A stretch of 60,472 bases of DNA, the filler included, from Sphacelaria rigidula (Eukaryota), in assembly GCA_964200075.2 (NCBI GenBank). It is 9 parts of 9 records of this genome, joined end to end, with 100 filler letters (N's around TTAATTAATTAA, not from the genome) between each part and the next. Parts side by side here need not be neighbours in the genome. Positions count along the whole stretch, not along the records: positions 53,844 to 60,472 come from CAXNAA020018956.1; 8 more parts are not named here. The stretch is one strand, 5' to 3'. A program made the position numbers and the translations under genes. Each line of letters begins with the position of its first letter. The first letter of the stretch is position 1. The notes under the pieces are model-generated. The model ran no database searches and had not been told where the DNA came from. It saw only the letters and a list, made by a program, of their open reading frames with translations. Positions 58,401 to 60,472 of the stretch are shown piece after piece.

Positions 58401-60472
58401 CAGTGTGCAATTTTTCGATGACACGGGTTCCACTGCACGATTAGCTGTGTGGGCACTTATTGTGCCCGATGGTTCCATGTCGGTTGATGTTCTCTTGGGA
58501 CGCGATAGCTGGCTACGTTTTTCCACACATACACGACGAACTCCCCTGTCTTGAACCGACCACTGACAGGCAGATTAAAATTGGGACATCACGACGCTGA
58601 TCCAGGGGCTCAGGCCTACGTCGATGACCCAACACAAACAGGTGATGCTTTTGGACTGTATTATGTTGGAGACCGCGTCGTCTTTCTGTCCCGTGAACCT
58701 CAACACATCCATATGAATCTTGTGAGACGGAACGGATCCCCCGCCCTCACTGGACAGTACTTGGTTGACTTCACCAATCCCAACCACACCCCAGACAGTG
58801 TTCTCCCCTTTGATCAGACCGATGTATTTGTCCATGAGGGTGGGCAATCTATTCCCCTCACGTCCTCTGCATGTCTCGATGTCCTTCCTGGTCAGTTGTT
58901 GGGTTTTGCTCAAGCGCCCCTCCTACGGGCAGCCTTGTTGAATGTATGTCTGAAGGTGCCACCGCAAACATCATGAGACAGTTCAGAAACAAACCGTTCC
59001 ATTTTTTTCGACAAGACTGACCCCATGGTTGTAGCCGAATCGACTGATACGCCTGACACAAACCCTCCGACTGTCTTACTAGATGCATTCTCGCCAGAGC
59101 AACGTGCTAGTTTTCAACGATTATGGGATGAAATTCCCCCCCATTTGAGACACATTGCGTTTGATTTATCTGTGAGGGTTGGACACCCACGGTGATTGAT
59201 CGGTTGCGCTCCATCTTGATACGATACTCTGAACGGTTTTCCAAATCGTCAACAGATTTAGGCCGCTGCAACACTATACCGTTCAAGATCAACATTCCTG
59301 ATGGTACGACACCTGCGTCCGTACCGTACAAACCCTCTTCTGGCGGGTAAAATTCAGGTAATTCTCGACGAATACTTGTCCGCCGGGTTAATACGGCGCT
59401 CAACGTCTCCGCGGGCTTCGCCTTTGGTAGTCGTCCGGAAGAAGAATGGTAAGGTCCGACTGACCGTCAATTATCAACGATTGAACGCAGTCACCAAAAT
59501 CTCACGTCTACCTCTTCCCCGGATAGATGAAATCATCGACTCCCTCGGCGGGGGCAAAGTTTTTTCGAACTTCGACATGCAGTCCGGTTACCACCAACTG
59601 GTGATGGATCCGCACTCTATCGAGCTGACGGCGTTTTGCACCCCGTCAGGACCTTATGAGTGGCTGGTCACTCCACAGGGTGCCGCCGGGGCCCCAGGAG
59701 CGTTTCAACGTGTAATGTTTTGCGTCATTGATGGACTGTCCAAATGCCGCATGTACCTCGACGATGCGGTGGTTCACGGCAGTACACCTGCTGAACACGT
59801 CGAACATTTGGCGTCCTTCTTTGCTCGTTTTGAACAACACAATCTGAAGCTCGCCCCATCTATATCCCGCATTGGAGCCACGCGCATCGAGTTCCTCGGC
59901 CATTGTATCAGCCCTGAAGGCCGTAGCCCCAACCTCGACAAAGTTGCCGCACTTAGAGAGATGCCCATGCCACGCGATGTCTCTCAACTGCGCTCTTTAC
60001 TCGGTGGTTTGAGTTACTACCGTCAATATTTGCCAAATTTAGCCCAAGCTCTCAAACCCCTCACCACCCTCCTCAAGAAGGGGGTGAAATTCGTGTTCAC
60101 GTCGGCAATGGAAAAAATTGTACGAGAGCAGCTCGACACATTGTCAAAGCCACCAATTCTGCTTTTTCCAGACTGGTCAGCTGCTGAAAATGACTCCCGT
60201 CCGTTCCGACGGCACACGGGTTCTTCGAAAATTGGGTATGGCTGCACACTGGAACAGAAACAAGACAATGCTAGTGGTCGCCCCATTGTATATCTGAGCC
60301 GAATCACCTACCCGAATGAACAGAACTGGTCCGTTATGGAACAAGAAGCAGGTACAATTGTTTGGGGAGTGCGACGACTCCGGCAATATTTGTATGACCT
60401 ATAGCCTCTGCCAGACGATCTGGACAAGAGGGCTATTCAGTGAGGGACTTCTCCAGAATCCACTGGCCTCAC
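55490..60472 (+). mobile_element. Decayed Ty3/gypsy LTR retrotransposon (gag, PR, RT, RNase H), cut by window end
   Basis: RT/RH ORF 59301-60404: PYR, SPRASPLVVVRKK, RLTVNYQRLN, PLPRIDE, DMQSGYHQ, TAFCTP, PQG, YLDD, FLGH, LGGLSYYR, EQNWSVMEQE. Protease remnant ALPHTGSPQAFI (catalytic D replaced by H) ... DVLLGRD. Stops and frameshifts throughout; the 5' limit is approximate. Confidence 0.95.

Overview
Eukaryotic, intron-rich and transposon-rich DNA. It is most likely a brown alga (Phaeophyceae), inferred from GT-AG introns, the LINE/Copia/SINE types and the gene content. The window is not one locus. It is nine unrelated ~6.63-kb contigs in decreasing size order (1-6631, 6732-13362, 13463-20093, 20194-26824, 26925-33554, 33655-40284, 40385-47014, 47115-53743, 53844-60472), joined by artificial 100-nt N44-TTAATTAATTAA-N44 linkers, so nothing is linked across the linkers. 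Most ORF-track entries are spurious because the real genes are spliced. Four minus-strand genes could be spliced by hand: a complete 5-exon TAF9; a partial LPMO (LPMO_10/AA15-like) with Ser/Thr/Pro linker and CBM1; a partial DUSP-UBL ubiquitin protease (USP4/11/15-like); and the 3' part of an RGS-domain gene that may end in a CaaX box. The rest is decayed Copia, Gypsy and LINE elements, tRNA-derived SINEs, many MITE/foldback families (several with readable TSDs), a degenerate ankyrin-repeat sequence and satellites. No CRISPR array, rRNA or convincing intact tRNA was found, and I see no evidence for a novel multi-gene system. The best leads are the algal LPMO-CBM1, the possibly lipid-anchored RGS protein and several unclassified DNA-transposon families.
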